Of a DNA stretch of 57,715 bases, positions 55,221 to 57,715 are shown piece by piece. Numbering within the stretch: position 1 is the stretch's first letter; the number at the start of each line of letters is the position of its first letter. The stretch covers positions 1 through 57,715 of IMG/VR virus record IMGVR_UViG_3300032212_000007; one strand, 5' to 3'. A model generated the notes under the pieces. That model saw only the letters and a program-made list of their open reading frames with translations. It was not told the DNA's origin and did no database searches. The position numbers and the translations under genes are program-made. This stretch comes from a virus (taxonomy: Duplodnaviria; Caudoviricetes).

Positions 55221-55249
55221 ATTATAGTCTCCTTCGATACCTTTGTCAA
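55221..55249 (-). promoter_or_regulatory. Consensus sigma70 promoter pointing into the non-coding repeat region
   Basis: Minus strand TTGACA-aaggtatcgaaggagac(17)-TATAAT with an upstream A-tract. Confidence 0.85.
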
Positions 55250-55352
55250 GTCTTTTTTTTCTGCACTTATAAAATATTTTTTAAAATAGTGCTTGACATT
55301 TTTATAATTACCTTTCACTATACCTTTTAACGAATTTTAAAGAGAATAAACC

Positions 55353-55619
55353 ATGATACAAGAACATCGATGCAAAACCTTAGCACAAGCCGTTTTGCTA
55401 ACTTTTATAAAAGATTGTTTCAGAACGGGACCAGATATTAGCTCGGCTGATAAAAGATCATATGACGAGAATTGGGCTATGGTGGAATCCCTCGTACCTA
55501 ATGAAGACTTCATCGAGATCTGCTATAACGCTGGTGCCAATCCTAGTATCGTCAAACAAAAGTTACTAGAATTTAAGAATGACCCTATAATGAGCGGGTT
55601 CATAACTATGTTAGAATAG
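55353..55619 (+). CDS. Hypothetical protein
   Basis: LAQAVL...DFIEICYNAG.NP; stop abuts the right IR arm. Confidence 0.6.
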   Translation: MIQEHRCKTLAQAVLLTFIKDCFRTGPDISSADKRSYDENWAMVESLVPNEDFIEICYNAGANPSIVKQKLLEFKNDPIMSGFITMLE

Positions 55620-55623
55620 AAAC

Positions 55624-55692
55624 AGTGTTTAAACGGATTTTAAAGGCCGTACAGAGGCTTTAGCTATATTTTATATAGTAGGGTAGCTAAAT
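55624..55692. repeat. 69-bp inverted repeat, right arm
   Basis: Reverse complement of 54222-54290 with 4 mismatches. Confidence 0.9.
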
Positions 55693-55752
55693 ATAACTAC
55701 AATTACTCAGAGGCCTTTAAAAGGCTATTTAAAGAATCTAACCGAGGATATT

Positions 55753-56037
55753 ATGTATACCACGAAAAAAGAAGCTTATAGAGAAGCTAGATATCAGAGC
55801 AAGAATGATTATACATCTGCTATGATACATGGCTTTATAGATGAATTCACTATTGAAGTGGAAAAACATTTACCTGACATATCACAGAGTGAAATACTAG
55901 AGATATTCCAGAATGTAAATAAACAATTTGGAATTGGTATAAAATTTTTAGATTTAGTGATTGACATCCTAAAAGAATATTGGTATTACTACTCCTTAGT
56001 AGACTTTTCTGCTATTTATCAGGAGCTAAACAAATGA
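55753..56037 (+). CDS. Hypothetical protein
   Basis: GAGGA RBS; ATGA overlap with paralog C. Confidence 0.55.
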   Translation: MYTTKKEAYREARYQSKNDYTSAMIHGFIDEFTIEVEKHLPDISQSEILEIFQNVNKQFGIGIKFLDLVIDILKEYWYYYSLVDFSAIYQELNK

Positions 56038-56597
56038 CATTACTAGACTATGATTTAAAAGAGCTTATAAAGAATGCTGAACAGAGTGGAGCTTGTGGAT
56101 ATGGTTTAAAAGAGCTTAAAAAGTTTAAAGATATTAAACAGGCTTTAAACCACCCTCAAGCTGCTTTTTGGCTGTATTGGTATGCTAGAAATGTACTTAA
56201 AGCCCCTTTTCCAGAAGCTGAACCATATATTATGAAGAATACTAAATGGCCTTATTACTATGCTATAAATGTACTTAAAGCCCCTTTTCCAGAAGCTGAA
56301 CCATATATTATGAAGGGAAGTGAATGGACTTATTACTATGCTAGAGATGTACTTAAAGCCCCTTTTCCAGAAGCTGAACCATATATTATGAAGGATGCTA
56401 ACTGGGCTTATTGGTATGCTTATCACGTACGTAAAGCCCCTTTTCCAGAAGCTGAACCATATATCATGAAGGCCGCTCAATGGGCTTATTACTATGCTAG
56501 AAATGTACTTAAAGCTCCTTTTCCAGAAGCTGAACCATATATTAAGGAAAATAGCTACTACTACGGACTTTACACTAATTACTTTAACCAAACTTAG
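56034..56597 (+). CDS. 26-aa tandem-repeat protein, paralog C (5 EAEPYI units)
   Basis: Same N-cap, 78-bp repeats, C-cap ENSYYYGLYTNYFNQT. Confidence 0.9.
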   Translation: MTLLDYDLKELIKNAEQSGACGYGLKELKKFKDIKQALNHPQAAFWLYWYARNVLKAPFPEAEPYIMKNTKWPYYYAINVLKAPFPEAEPYIMKGSEWTYYYARDVLKAPFPEAEPYIMKDANWAYWYAYHVRKAPFPEAEPYIMKAAQWAYYYARNVLKAPFPEAEPYIKENSYYYGLYTNYFNQT

Positions 56598-56606
56598 GAG
56601 AACAAT

Positions 56607-57137
56607 ATGATAGAATTAGACCATAAGAAAGGATTTATAAATTCTTTACAAAATGTATTACAAGAATTTGAAATACGTATTTACAAAATGCGTCAAGAAG
56701 ATAAAGACATAGCCACTCATGCTACTATAAAACTAGACGGTAAATATATTAACCAAACCAATATGCGAACTGTGCGAGAGTTTTTCAGTCATCAACGCCC
56801 TGTGAACAAATATATTCCAGAAGCCCTTAAAACACAGAAGAAGTATTTTGAAATCGCTGAAAGATATATGGACTGTACGATTATCTCTGAGGATTTAGCT
56901 AAGAAAGAATTTATAGCAAAAGATAAGCAATTATTAGATATATCGGATAATGAGAAACAGCGGTTACAAGCTATTGTTGACACACAGGCTAACACAATAA
57001 AAGCACAGGCTAAACAGATAACAGACTTAGAGCTGACTATAACTAATTTAACCAGCTCGTTAAAGTCCTCTGAAACACGTGAGAAGGAAGTTACAAAGAA
57101 AGTACCAACAGTAGTTAAAACAGGGAAGAAGTCATAA
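56607..57137 (+). CDS. Hypothetical protein with C-terminal coiled coil
   Basis: AGGAG RBS, 176 aa. Confidence 0.6.
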   Translation: MIELDHKKGFINSLQNVLQEFEIRIYKMRQEDKDIATHATIKLDGKYINQTNMRTVREFFSHQRPVNKYIPEALKTQKKYFEIAERYMDCTIISEDLAKKEFIAKDKQLLDISDNEKQRLQAIVDTQANTIKAQAKQITDLELTITNLTSSLKSSETREKEVTKKVPTVVKTGKKS

Positions 57138-57382
57138 TGAAAAGAGAGAAAACACACGTTAAACTGATTGTAGATAGCGATAATACATTGATGGTACCTG
57201 AATTTAACTATTCAGAATCTACATTTATAGGCTTGACTGTGGACAGTAATGGATATCTTTGTGCAATATTAGAACCTATTGAACATCATATTACCATTCA
57301 GGATGAAGACTTTTATGATGACGGGGATTATGCGGAGAGAGAAGTAATGGATACATTTGAGTATTTTAATCAGGATTATTAA
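57137..57382 (+). CDS. Hypothetical acidic protein
   Basis: TAATG coupling to the upstream gene. Confidence 0.55.
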   Translation: MKREKTHVKLIVDSDNTLMVPEFNYSESTFIGLTVDSNGYLCAILEPIEHHITIQDEDFYDDGDYAEREVMDTFEYFNQDY

Positions 57383-57383
57383 G

Positions 57384-57715
57384 ATGTTAGACTATGACTT
57401 AAAAGAACTTATAAAGAATGTTGAACAGAGTGGAGCTTGTGAAAATGAGTTAAAAGAGCTAAAAGAGTTTAAAGATATTAAACAGGCTTTAAACCACCCT
57501 CAAGCTGCTTTTTGGCTGTATTGGTATACTGTAAAAGTACTCAAAGCTCCTTGGCAAGAAGCTGAACCATATATTATGAAGGATGCTGAATGGGCTTATA
57601 GGTATGCTAGACATGTACTTGAAGCTCCTTGGAAAGAAGCTGAACCATATATTATGAAGGATGCTAAATGGGCTTATAGGTATGCTAGACATGTACTTGA
57701 AGCTCCTTGGAAAGA
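57384..57715 (+). CDS. 26-aa tandem-repeat protein, paralog D, 5' part (runs off the end and continues at the window start)
   Basis: MLDYDLKELIKNVEQSGACENELKE... followed by repeats; no stop before the end. Confidence 0.85.
   Translation, partial: MLDYDLKELIKNVEQSGACENELKELKEFKDIKQALNHPQAAFWLYWYTVKVLKAPWQEAEPYIMKDAEWAYRYARHVLEAPWKEAEPYIMKDAKWAYRYARHVLEAPWK

Noticed and set aside
55293-55325. Rightward sigma70 promoter for 55353
   Set aside because: TTGACA is present, but there is no good -10 at 16-18 nt spacing (CACTAT at best); not listed as a feature

Overview
This window looks like a near-complete ~57.6 kb genome of a lytic podovirus, assembled as a circle: bases 1-87 are identical to 57629-57715. 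It has T7-like replication genes but no RNA polymerase, a layout like Zobellviridae/SIO1/cobaviruses (inference from gene content, not a database hit). There are three blocks. (1) Plus strand 951-12.9k: replication and nucleotide metabolism (SSB, primase-helicase, PolA, exonuclease, MazG-like, resolvase, intein-containing NrdA, NrdB, ThyX, dATP/dGTP diphosphohydrolase). (2) Minus strand 40.5k to 12.9k: virion and lysis genes (accessory tailspike/lectin genes, TerS, intein-containing TerL, portal, scaffold, capsid, tail, GIY-YIG endonuclease, ejection proteins, holin/spanins). (3) Plus strand 41k-57.7k: an early/accessory region of small ORFs. The most unusual feature is a family of four paralogous genes made of 26-aa (78-bp) tandem repeats. 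The repeat framework (APF/W-P/K-EAEPYI-M/K-K) is almost invariant, while aromatic/charged residues vary at helix-face spacing. Repeat units and caps are visibly swapped between paralogs, and the genes are bounded by a recurring RBS-containing direct repeat. This suggests a recombination-diversified modular binder system (DARPin/alphaRep-like or TALE/PPR-like) that needs no reverse transcriptase. Also notable are a 1.47-kb module bounded by 69-bp inverted repeats containing a promoter-driven, palindrome-rich non-coding tandem repeat (origin or ncRNA), an ORF flanked by perfect 32-bp direct repeats, and a non-canonical tRNA-like gene. All calls come from motif recognition; no searches were run.
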